Below the pieces are notes generated by a model. The model did no database searches. It was not told the DNA's origin and saw only the letters and a list, made by a program, of their open reading frames with translations. This document shows, piece after piece, positions 1 to 11,083 of a stretch of 64,000 nt of DNA. Both the position numbers and the translations under genes were made by a program. Source of the DNA: Vicugna vicugna (lineage: Eukaryota); contig MU058781.1 in assembly GCA_013265495.1 (NCBI GenBank), positions 4,465,050 through 4,529,049 of the forward strand, given 5' to 3'. The first letter of the stretch is position 1. Each line of letters begins with the position of its first letter.

Positions 1-564
1 TTGCCGTGAGAAATCAAGTAAAAACTCTTTGGAACACACAGGTGCTGTGATGACTCAGTGTGACGCCAATAATAGCAAGTAAATAAGGGTTTGGCTTACT
101 CTAAAGGAAAAGTACGTTTCTTCTCACCTAAAATACTCACTACTTCTTGAGCAGATTAGAAGTAGCCGGTCTATCTTTAGCTTTATGTAAAAATAGTCCG
201 CGCCAAGTATACTAAAAAATTTTTAAGGGATAAATTAGCCTGATAACTCTATCCACCCACTATAAGCAAAACAAATAAACAAAACAAAACAAACAAAATT
301 TTTATGTCCAAGAAATAATTACAGGTGATGAACATGATGATGATGTTAATGATAAAGAAAAATACGGCAGAGTCAACATCAACCTTATCAACACCGACAT
401 CTACAAGTAAACCAAATTTATTTATAAGGAGTTTTGGGAATTTTTTAAATTTTATTTTAAAGATGGCAGCAGAGAATATTACAGACATCCCTGGGCTCCA
501 CTCTACTTTACACAGATTTCTGCTAAAGCAACTGGAGTCTTTTTATTGCATCAGTTTGCATCAG

Positions 565-675
565 TTTGTTTGTCCCTTGCTGGAATGTGAGCTCCTACAG
601 GTAAGATCTGCACCTTAGCCATTTTTGTATACCTGATGCTTGGCACAGAGTGGGCCAGGATGGATGGGTGGATGG
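565..675 (+). mobile_element. L2 LINE 3' end fragment
   Basis: ggaatgtgagctcctacagg...tgcttggcacagagtggg...(GGAT)n tail resembles the L2 3' terminus; boundaries approximate. Confidence 0.55.
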
Positions 676-1074
676 TCAGTCCATTAGCACTGGTAGGCAA
701 ACTAAGATAGAACCATAAAAAGAAAGTTCTTTTATAAGTTTATACTATACTTGTATCAAAACCCCTAACAAAAATGGTTTAATCAAATTAAACAGTTGTG
801 TATTCCTCTCCTACACAGAGGTCTAGAGGTGGTCGGTCCACAGCTCCACAGTGACAGGGACTTGTGTGTCTTGAATCTTATTGCTCTGCTGTGTGTGGCT
901 TTCATTCCCAAGTTTATATCTTGGTGCAAGATGGTTCTGAAGCTCCAGGTGTTATCATCACAATCCAGGTCACGAGAAGGTAGAAGACAGGTATGCATAG
1001 GTATTCAGGGAGTAAAATGGATGAACTGTGTCAAAGAATGCAATTTTCCTCTCAATGTCCATTTCTCCCCTTTT

Positions 1075-1490
1075 AAATAACAGAATCTCATTTTTTATTC
1101 TAGCTTACTGCCATCCACAATAAATACTATATTCCCCAGCCTACCCTGCAGCTAAGTGTGCTCATATAACTAACTTATTACAGTAAGATATAAGCAGAAG
1201 TTTGTATGGAAGTTCTGGGAAGTTCTTCCCCTTTACAGGAACAAAGATATGATGGCTGGAGCTCTAGCAGCTATATTGGACCATAAAGACCATAAGGACA
1301 AAAGCTACATTCTGAGAACGACAGGCTAATGAACTAGAAGAAACCTGAATATCTGAAAACCTCATCGAGGAACCAGACCAGCCCTAGACTGCCAACTCTG
1401 AACATCTTTTATGTAAGAGAGAAATTAATATAGTTACACTATAGTTACATTTCTGTCCATAGTTCTATTTCTGTCTCCCATAATGCTGAA
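1075..1490 (+). mobile_element. Old MaLR LTR (MLT1H/I/J-like)
   Basis: ttccccagcctaccctgcagctaagtgtg, gatggctggagctctagcagctatattggaccat and ccagccctagactgccaactctgaac...gagagaaat are typical old MLT1 blocks. Confidence 0.6.
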
Positions 1491-2339
1491 TCTAGTACAG
1501 TACTAAAGAATTTTTTTCCTCCCCATTCCTATCTACCAGTTTCCAGCAGCATTTCCTCCACCAACAATAGCTATCATTGAATCTTCTTTCTCTATCTTAA
1601 TCTTTCTCACAGGGAGTAGGAAATAAAGGACACATAGGTCATAACTTTTATTTTTGCAAACTATGAAGATTTTATAACAAAGGGAAATAAAACATGAACC
1701 ATCAACAATTCCCTGTACAGCTATTGTGAGATAAAAAAATTATAGGAATTCACCTTCAAAATCACAGAAGCACTTCTGTTGCTATATAACATCTGTAGCC
1801 CTGTTCTCAGTGTGTACTTGATAAGGAAGAGAACACACCTCTAGCAAATGGTTCTTAATTAATTAACAAAAGTATTTAAAAAAAAAATAAACTCAGCAGG
1901 AAAAAAAATAGTTATTGTTCTGTGTCAAAGAGGCAGATCAAGACCTCTTTGCCATCTGAACTAAAACTCAGTTGGACAAGGAGATTACTCTATTTTACTT
2001 CTTAAAAACCCCTACAGTAGAAGTTCAGGGCACATACATTAGCAAAAAGAACTTTATAAATAAGCCGGTGCACACACACCCATGAATATTAAACATGTTT
2101 TCCAGACTAATGGTTGTCTTCCCTAAGATTCTGTTGGATTTATGCCTATTCCAATAACCTCAATTCTTATTTTATTTATATTTAAATGAATTCAGTGCAC
2201 ACAAGTATAAGATAAAGAGATTTCTAAATTGACACCATGGAGAGATCAAGATTAGCAAATCTTATGAAGATGGTGAATTGTTAGCTTCGTTGAATTCTCC
2301 TGCAAGATGATGTCTGGTCACCAAAGTCCACTACAAATC

Positions 2340-2555
2340 TTATGGTGGAGGAGAAAGACCGATGGACCCAGAGTTTACTTCAAAGACCTGGATTCTTGTC
2401 CCAATTCCATTTCCAACACATAGTGTAAATATGGACAATCTCTTCAGCCTCTTTTCTGTTAAATGAGAGTAACACCAACTTTAAATAATTGTGATGAGAC
2501 TCAACAAGAAGTGAAAGCAGTTTATAATGGCGAAGCGTTGCATAAATGTGTTATC
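2340..2555 (+). mobile_element. MIR SINE
   Basis: agacctggattcttgtcccaattcc...ggacaatctcttcagcctc...ctgttaaatgagagtaa matches the MIR core. Confidence 0.6.
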
Positions 2556-3577
2556 TGTCCGTCTGTATTAGTAATATTTAGGCTCCAAGTAGTAGAAACC
2601 AAACAGTGCCACCTCAAGCATGTGTATGTGTTATACATGGATATGTGTGGGCTTAACAGACACAGAACATTCCAGGAGAAAAGAAACCTGATTGTTAAAT
2701 CACGGTTCCCCTTTGGGGTAGGGCATTTTTTTTTTTTCTTTAGGTGGTAGCCATACATTACTTTCAAAATTAAGAAAAAAACATGTACCATGACTGAGGG
2801 GGCATTTTTTCCATGATGAAATGGGAGAGGGCCAAAGCTAAGGGATTTGGAGGAAGCAAATCTTTTATTTATGCTTCTTTAGTGATAATGATGAGTCCCC
2901 AGAGCTACAGTTCTGAAGGTCCCCACCCATGTGATTCACACAATGCCGGCTCAAATGCATGTCAATGCCAGGTTGACCCTAGCAAGAAAGTATCAAGATT
3001 TAGAAAACAGAAACACTTAAAATTGCCAGAAGAAGCCCCTGACTATTTAACACGAGGGTTTTTCTGACATTAGGGGCCAGCACTAAACCCAGGGCACAGC
3101 ACCCACTTTTCTAAGGACCACCTTTTTATTCAGGTAGCATCCCCATCTGCACGGTCTCTACTGGAAAGCAGTGTGTGGCCTCCACCACTGTGTTATTGGC
3201 TGCTATTTCCCTCCCTCTTCTTCACCATCTGCTATACAAATACCCTGACACTTCTACCTAAAAAGCCCCACAGAAAATTTAGAGGTGATACACTGAGCAG
3301 GTGCTAGTAATCAAGAACCCCTTTGCCCTCCACTCTCCCACAAATTAAGGCAAAATTATTTATCTTTATGCAAAGTAAATGACTCCCACTCTATTCACTG
3401 GCTTCTCCAAGTGTCCACCAGGGATGGCAGTGGCTCCAGCTTCTCCTGCCTCACATGCTCTCAGTTCCCCAGGACAGGCCCCTACGGAGTCCAGAGCACC
3501 ATCCTAACATCAGCCACCACCCTCAATCCATACCTCATCTTCCCTCAAGTCCACCCAGGGCCTGGTGAAAATGGTGC

Positions 3578-4205
3578 CAGTATGGTGCTGCTGCTATGAA
3601 AGACAGCACAGCGGTTCCTCAAAAAACTAAAAACAAAACTACCATATGGTGTAGTAATTCTGGTTTTGAGAATTCACCCAAAATGATTGAAAACAAGGTC
3701 TTGATTATTTGTACCCCTGTGTTCACAGCAGCATCAGTTACAATAGTCAAAAGGTAGAAGAACTCAGGAGCCCATTGACAGATGAGCAGATAAACAAAAT
3801 GTGGTCTTTACATATGATGGAATATTATTCAGCCTTAAAAAGGCAGGACAGTCTGACACAGGCTACAACATGGATGAACCTTAAGGACAGTATGTTGAGT
3901 GAAATTAGCCAGCCACAAGATGACAAATACTGTATGATTCCACTTACATGAGGTAACTAGAGCAGTCAAATTCACAGAGACAGAGAGTAGAATGGTGGTT
4001 GCCAGGGGGCTGAGGGGAGGTGAGGAGTGGGGGATTATTGTTTAATGGATATAGAGTTTCAATTTGCAAGATGAAAAGAGTTCTGGACACTGACTGGTTG
4101 CACAACTATCAGAATGTATTTAACACTGCTGAGCTGTACCCTTAAAAACGGTTAAGATAGTAAATTATGTATTATGTATATTTTATCACAATTATTTTTT
4201 TAAAA
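3578..4205 (+). mobile_element. 5'-truncated L1 (L1MA9/L1MB-like): degenerate ORF2 C-terminus plus 3' UTR
   Basis: ORF 3709-3951 (INKMWSLHMMEYYSALKR...TWMNLKDSMLSEISQ) resembles the L1 ORF2p C-terminus; typical L1M 3' UTR and A/T tail follow; flanks aaaatggtgccag / aaaagatgccag look like a diverged TSD. Confidence 0.9.
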
Positions 4206-4555
4206 AGATGCCAGAATCTTCTATGTCCTCCCCCAGAGCCATTAGCACCACACATCAGCCCACCTGGGCCCTCTAAAGTCCAACCTCAGAAGGTCAACCT
4301 AAGTCACATTCAAATCCTGCCATGAGCCAATCCCTTCCAGCCAACAGAAACCTTTCCAGGCTGAACTTCTGTAGCCACATAATTACGGACTAAATCTCAG
4401 CCCCAAACTGTGTTGTAGAAGATGATTTTAGATGTGATGAGGTCCTCACATGCACAGAAATTTAAGAAGCTTCCAGTTGCACTAATGTTCTGTTTCTTGA
4501 TCTGGGTGGTGGTTACAAGTGTGTTCACTTTGTGATAATTCATCAAGCTGTACAC

Positions 4556-4642
4556 TTAGGATTGTACATTTTTAAGAAAGTTAGACTTTAATTTCTTTTA
4601 GGATTGTACATTTTTAAGAAAGTTAGACTTTAATTTCTTTTA
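4556..4642. repeat. Perfect 42-bp tandem duplication at the end of an L1ME-like 3' UTR fragment (about 4470-4600)
   Basis: ttaggattgtacatttttaagaaagttagactttaatttctt at 4556-4597 and 4598-4639, identical. Confidence 0.95.
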
Positions 4643-6099
4643 AGTCATTAAAAATTTTTTTTCAATTCTACTTTGTTATTGCTTGCTTTATTCATCCAAT
4701 CCTGTATCTCTCACAAGATATGTTCTTGAAAGTCTCACAAGAGCCTACCAGAATGCTGGGCTTCTAGTAAGAGCTTCATATTTGCCTACTGACTTTGAAA
4801 TTTGGAGACCCAGAGGGTATCAGAGAGAAGAGGCGGTGCACAAAGCAGTAGAATGGTTTTTCAAACTCCTTCAACATCAGGAAAACAAAAGCTTCCTGAC
4901 CACAAAGCTGCAGGTTAATAATACAGCCAGGGAAGGCCAAACAGACTCAGATAGAGGAAACTCAGCTGTATCTTTAAAAAAAAAAAAAAGATACATACAT
5001 ATGTATGCACACATGCACGTGCACACACACCCCAAAAGCACAGTGTCAGCAGAGCCTGAATCCAGCCTTCCCAAAAGAAAAATTGACATGATGGGGTGAA
5101 AGGCAGTGCCTGTACTGAGAACTGGCTTAAACTAAAATAGATCTGCAAGCTGCAATAAGTCCACGAAGGCTGAGTCTCAAAGAAAGTCAAAGTTTCAGTG
5201 AGAGCTCCTTAGTCTTGAAAAGGCTGATGACTACCATGTACTCCGAGAAACACAAGGGCTGGCCCGGAAACAGAACGGTTGGAAGCAAAGGACCTTCAAA
5301 GGGGTGAGATGGAGCCCCCAGAACCACTGGCAGGAGGGGGTCCGTCTGAGCCTCCAGCCGGAGACCTCTGGACTCTTCAGCACTAAGTCTGAACACAGTC
5401 TCGTGCACTGGGAGGTGAGAGTGGGGTTCTATCCATTTCAGCTCTTTGTCCAAGTGCCAGGGAGCAGAGCCCTCCCTGCTTGGCAGGGCTGGGCTGATAA
5501 TATCTAACGTGCAGGCCTGGCCCCAGGAGCAGCTGGGAGCCTCCCACACGCTCTGCCGCTGCCCCTCTGTGCACGGCCGGGAGGGAGGCCTGGGATGGAA
5601 GGCGGCGGCGGGAGGAGGAGGTGGTGCCAGGGCGATGACTAAGGTCTGATGCAAACACCACACGTGTGTGGGACTCGTGAGACCAACAGATGTGGAGCAA
5701 ACGGGTGTTCTCGCCAGGGCAGGAGGAAGCCCTATGGCCCCTGAAGCTCGTGTGGGAAAATGTACATTCAGCATCGGGGCCATTTCAGGTGGAAGGGGAA
5801 CCAAGATGCCCGCAGTTCTCGTGTTCCTCTCTCACTCTGGTTTTCTCTGGTCTGACACATCAGATGGAGTCCCAAAGGAAAAGCAGGGGCGGAGGGAAGA
5901 GGCCTCCTTCTCCAGGCAGATTTACGGCATCCGGGATGCAGCTTGCGTCTGTCAGGCCAAAATGGGTAGGGTGGGCTAACAGAGGAGAATTACAGCTTCC
6001 TATAATGGGGAAAGTTAAATAGACAAGCTCTCCTGCCCCGAGGAGCACGAAGCAGAGGTCAGCGCTGCTGCCTTTGAACATGAATGGCCCCTTCCCCTC

Positions 6100-6700
6100 C
6101 GCTCCTTTCACATGTGGCCCGGCAACAGTAGCAGACAGATGCCACACAAAGACAGACACACCTGATTAACCATGAATACGACAGCTGTCGTTTCCCCATC
6201 GCGGCCGCTACCCACACCCGGGCTCTTTCCGCTCAGCTTTTCCTCTCCTTTGAGGGAGCGTGAGGAAATTAAACCTAACATTAAGACCCAAGTTAGTGGG
6301 AGGGTGCCGGCGGCGGGGCCTTTGTTTCTCCGCTCACAGACTCCTAATAGGTACCTTCTGACTCGGCCTTTCATCTGAGGAAGGGGGTGGCCCACTGCCG
6401 AGCGCACAGCCAGCTCAGGCCGAGGCCCCGGGGAAAGGCCAGCAGTGGGTGGGGTGGGACTGGGCTGACTCAGCCGAGGACGAGAAAGTGGACCGAAAGC
6501 AGCAGTTCCGTGTGCACCTGAAAGCTCGTCTCTCTCCTCCCCCCTCCTCCTCCTTTTTATAAAAGTGGACCGAAAGCAGCACGTTCCGTGTGCACCTGAA
6601 AGCTCGTCTCTCTCCTCCCCCCTCCTCCTCCTTTTTATTCTCGTGCCTCCAGCCAGAATTCCCTGCTGCTAAAACACCCACCCTGAAAACAAATTGGCAG
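6100..6700 (-). promoter_or_regulatory. CpG-enriched promoter/enhancer-like region, probably an internal promoter of a minus-strand gene
   Basis: Locally GC- and CpG-rich with no recognisable repeat; GGCTGACTCAGCC AP-1/ARE-type site 6463-6475; GT-box/KLF GGGTGGGG; TATA motif at 6554-6565; candidate donor AAG|gtacct with the exon ending at 6355. Confidence 0.55.
6485..6638. repeat. Tandem duplication of a 76/77-bp unit
   Basis: aaagtggaccgaaagcagca(c)gttccgtgtgcacctgaaagctcgtctctctcctcccccctcctcctcctttttat at 6485-6560 and 6562-6638; the copies differ by one inserted C. Confidence 0.97.
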
Positions 6701-6809
6701 TCATGAATTTACCGATAGGAAGTGGATCTCAATGCAGCATTGTCTTTCCGTGAGAAGTTATTTATTCTGCCCTATTTTGAACAGCCCTTAACAAAGAAGA
6801 ATCAGGGCA

Positions 6810-6885
6810 GGTGTTTTGGTTTTTGTTTTGAGGGTTTGTTTTTTGGTTTTTGGGTTTTTTTTTTTTTTTGGTTTTGGTTTTGTTC
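6810..6885. repeat. Low-complexity (TTTTG)n / T-rich tract
   Basis: gttttggtttttgttttg...ttttttttttggttttggttttg seen directly. Confidence 0.8.
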
Positions 6886-7594
6886 CCCCTCTCTTAGGTA
6901 GCCAAATCCTTGAGTTCAAGTTAACTTCCAAGACCTTGAGAATCATGTACAGGAGGAAAATCTGAGCGTTGAGAGGCAAATAATTTCTAACAACATAAAA
7001 TATAAGTGATTATGGGTACTTCCAGAAACCTATGCAGTGGTAATTACAGGCCCGAGTGAGAACCCTGATTTTAATTCAGGACTTTTTTTTGGAGGGGTGG
7101 GTTGTCAATCTTGAGTTAATCATTGACCCCTGTAAGCCTGCATTTCTATGTCTTAAAATGGCCCTCTCAGTTGTCAGAAAGTCCCTTAAGTAGTTGCAAA
7201 GAGAGACTAATAAAAATGATCAGAAATCCCTCCGCAAACACACAGCCTTGTAACATAATAATGGGGTGATAACTGGATAATTTAACCCAATCTCACAAAA
7301 ATTCAACAAATATCTCTGGTTTCCTCATGAGTTTGGAAACATACTGGAACAATTCGAGCCTAGTGTCCGAGGTCTCACTGTCTGTAATGAAGCCCAGGGT
7401 CCACTGTACACTTCTGACTTCTATGAACTCGTGAGAGATCTCCATGAGAGTCAGGAAAAAGTCTAACTGAAATGCCTAGAAATTTTTGTTTCAGGTAACA
7501 CAGCAAACGTCCCAGGAGCCATGTCTGTGTAGGATGCTGGGGTTTGCTCTGGAACATGAAGGTCTCCTGCAACAGCTGGTAACCTGAGGCTCAC

Positions 7595-7968
7595 CTTTCA
7601 TCTAGTTGATAGAGCGTTATACCCACCGTTAAATCCACCGAGGGCGTCGCACCACAGGGCGGTGTGAAAGGACCCTGTTCACTCTGCCATCAAAGCCATC
7701 TCCACCACTCTTCTCTAAGTATCCAAATACCTCTTCTTCTTGCTTCACGGAACCCACAGTTGAAGCAGAGTAAGCCTGTCTGTTTTCAATTCCTAACTTC
7801 TCACACACGGCAAACGAGAGGAACTTTTGAACGCTGTGATCATCTGGCTGAGGAGCAAGCTGTTTTCCATTCCTGGCAACAAATACTTTTGGCTTATCTT
7901 GACGGGAAGGGAAGGGATGAAAATACACTCTGGTTGGATATCGTTGATAGCATTTGTCATCTTTGCAG
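7595..7968 (-). other. Candidate internal exon (374 nt) of a minus-strand transcript
   Basis: Minus strand: branch-like gctaat plus ttattttttttag| acceptor (AG at 7970-7969) and donor AAG|gtgagc; no recognisable repeat; 112 open codons from the acceptor; ends ...TAG ATG AAA G|. Confidence 0.6.
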
Positions 7969-8237
7969 CTAAAAAAAATAAATTAGCTTAGAAAAACTCA
8001 CCCTCGGCATCACAGAAGATGGCAAAAGAACTGACACCACCACTGAGATGCCAGTTGAGCTGAATTCATAGATGAAGTAACCTGCTACAGTCTTTTTCAT
8101 AACAAATGCAATATCTCATCATGAAGTGGGATGAGGACTGGACCAGCAGGGAGGATCTCTGGGGCCTGGACTGGGAGCCCCACCGGTGGACATGCTACCT
8201 TTGAAGGCCCGCTTCCCCGGTCTGACCCCGTCCCCCT

Positions 8238-8615
8238 CTGGGTTCGTCTGCTGGGGCTGCTATAACAAAGCACTACGACTAGGTGACTTAACCAGCAGCA
8301 GTGTGTTGCCTCACAGCTCTGGAGGCTGGAAGTCCAAGGTGAAGGTGTGGGCAGGGCTGGTTTCCCCTGAGGCCTCTCTCCTGGGCTTGTAGGCGGCCGT
8401 CGTCCCCCTGTGCCCTCGCATGGTCTTGCCTCTGTGTCTGAGTCCTCATCTCTTCTTTAAGGGCACCAGTCGTACTGGATTAGGGCCCATCTTAATGACT
8501 TCATTTTAACCTAATTAGCTCTTTAAAGACCCAATCTACAAATACATTCTGAGGTACTGGGGGTCAGGACTTCAACATATGAACTTGAGGGAGGAACACA
8601 ACTCAGCCCACAATA
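8238..8615 (-). mobile_element. MaLR solo LTR (MLT1A/MLT1B-like)
   Basis: gggctgctataacaaagcac...tctggaggctggaagtccaaggtgaaggtgtgggcagggctgg...ggattagggcccatcttaatgac...cttcaacatatgaa is the MLT1 reverse-strand signature. Confidence 0.9.
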
Positions 8616-9543
8616 CCCTCTGAGGGACTGTTAACTGAATAAGCTCAGCTCTGTTCACCTCTGACCCACTCTGTGCCCGTGGCCTGGACCCACACACGAG
8701 GTGAGCAGGGTACTCGGATGGCACGCAGCTTGCCGTGATTCACTCACAACAAAACACGAAGGAAGCAGCACGGAGGGGCACGTCTTCTGAAAGCGGGGAC
8801 GTCCATCTCACGGATTCCAGGGCCTGTGAGAATCGTGATGCCACCTCTCAGAAGACCAATAAACGAGATTACTTCCGCTCTAAGTTGAAAGTGTTTTATG
8901 ACTGCATTTTCTCACCCTCATTGACAAGGCCCATTCACCAAAGCCCTGAACAAAAGGGTTTTTTTCCTCTAACATTTAGAGATGGCAAAGAGCAAAGGAA
9001 TGAATCATCAAACAGGCAGAACACTCTTCCTATGACTCTTTTAACTGAGTAAAAACATTACTCCTCAAAGAGTGAGAAGAGAAAAAAGTGACAGGAGATG
9101 ACTAACAGAGGTGACTAGGCTGGTGCAAAGAGCTTCGGGACAGCACAGATTTTGGAAACAGGAGAGGTTAAATGACGGAGAGAAGGTGGGTGAGCTCACT
9201 CCCCCAGAGGACTAAGGCGGGGGGGGGCTGTGACTAAGAGGCTCCCAAAAAAAGACACGTGTGTGTGTGACTTACTTAGTAATTCCACCAACGTGCAGCA
9301 GTGGGTTGGGTTTGATGATTCTAAACACCCTGTGACACATATTTACAAAGAAGCTGGGTGGCTTTATTTAAATGACATCTTACTCATCGCTGCCCGTGTG
9401 CAGCGCTGCTCGTCACCAGGGTTCTTGGAGCAGCACTTGCTCAGTCATGAGCCGTGTGCTGGCAGTGGCTGAGAAGTGATGGGAGGGCCAGCAGCTCACG
9501 ACTACGGAGTTCCAGGGAGAAGATGGAGCTCTGCACGAAGGCC

Positions 9544-10011
9544 TGTGCATCGGGTTCATTTGTGTCTCCCAAAAAGATATGTTGAAGACCTAGCCACCAA
9601 TACCTCTGAATGGAACCTTATTTGGAAATAGGGTCTTTGCAGATATAACGAGTTAAGATGAAGTCATACTACAGTAGAGTGGGCCTTCAATCCACTATGG
9701 CTAGCATCCTTATAAGAGGCTAAATTTGGACACAGAAACAGAGATAGACAGAAAGAACGTTACGTGACAACAGATACAAAGGTTGGAATGAGGCAACTGC
9801 AAGTCAAGGAATTCCAAGGATTGCCAGAAAGTACCAAAAGCTGGGAGAAGCAGGAAGGATTCTCCCCTACAGGTTTCAGAAGGAGCGTGGCCTTGCTGAC
9901 ACCTCAATTTCAGACCTCTAGCCTCCACAACTGTGAGGGAATCACTTTGTGTTATTTAAGGCATCCACTTTGTGGTCCTTTGTTACCCGGCAGCCACAGG
10001 AAACCAACACA
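9544..10011 (+). mobile_element. MaLR solo LTR (MLT1C-like)
   Basis: TG...CA termini; ccttatttggaaatagggtctttgcagat, gaaggattctcccctacaggtttcaga, cagacctctagcctccacaactgtgag. Confidence 0.92.
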
Positions 10012-10609
10012 GCACTTCATGCGCTGCGGTGAACCCCATGGGGTCTGTTCCAGGTGTTCTTCTGCTCCATGACTTCAAATCCTATACTCTTCCAAAGGCC
10101 TCCACTTTCAGGAACTTGGCTTTTTTCCAGTTTTTAAAAACCATACAAGACCTTATTTGTCTTCCACCCTCTTGTGCCAACAAGTTGCACAAAAAGATCA
10201 GAGCTGGAGACAGATCATCTACCTGTTTTCAGTGATAACTTGTTTTGTAATCTTGGCTTATCACTCACCTTCATGGTCTTGGGCAAGTCTGTAGAACTTC
10301 GTCTCTTCATTATAAAATGAAGGACCTGAACTATAGTTATTTCTAGTCTGCAATACTGGAGACCATGGCCTTTCTTTTTCTTCATCGCTATTTCAGACCT
10401 AAGATGAGGCATAAGAAAGGGAGCAAAACTGGGGAAGTCTCCTCCTCCCTGTGCTATCTCTAAGATCTTGTTACAAGAATTAAATTGAAGACAATTGTTG
10501 AATAAACTATTTAGCAAATAGCAAGAGGAAGAGAAAGGGTATCAGTTCAAAGGAAATGTTTCAAACCATTGTCAGAGCTATCAATTAATCAACCATCATA
10601 TGTGCCTAC

Positions 10610-11083
10610 TGAGAGACTGTGTATACTGGCCATGAACAATGGCCAGATCATATATAAAAATAGAGTTCTGACCTACAATCTGCAGTTACCAGCCTGGAAA
10701 ACAATCCATTATCTACAGTAAGCAGCCCAGGAAGCCAGCCTGCTGTAAGTCAGGCTTATAGAGAGTCAGACTCTAACTGACAGCTTTTCTAATTTCTGTC
10801 CCCACTTCCAACTCAGGACCAGCCAGCGAAAGTCAAATACACACCCCTAACCGATGCCGTGGGATGCCTTGCCTCTACTTAGCCTGCCTCCACCTTCCCC
10901 ATGCCAACATCCTCCAATCAGTATACACCTGAGTCCTTCTTTCCACTATAAATCTTCCCCACTCTTCTGCCTGCCTCTGAGTCTCTGCCAAAACATAAGT
11001 GATGGTGGCTGACTCCCCTGCTCGAACAAGTTCTGAATAAACTTTGCTTATTCTTATTTCGTTGGTCTTCATTTACTTCCACA
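10610..11083 (+). mobile_element. ERV solo LTR (MER87/MER88-like), apparently inserted into an L2 3' end
   Basis: TG...CA termini with ctac/gtac flanks; CCAAT box, TATAAA at about 10947 and AATAAA at about 11036 in LTR order; family assignment from memory. Confidence 0.75.

Noticed and set aside
5187..5804. 205-aa minus-strand ORF (longest in the track)
   Set aside because: GC-rich promoter-flanking DNA with several overlapping ORFs in other frames, low-complexity Pro/Ala content, no recognisable domain or exon boundaries; likely incidental
6484..6500. GAAAGTGGACCGAAAGC as an ISRE/IRF element duplicated in the promoter
   Set aside because: The GAAA cores are 7 nt apart rather than the GAAANNGAAA spacing; too weak to call
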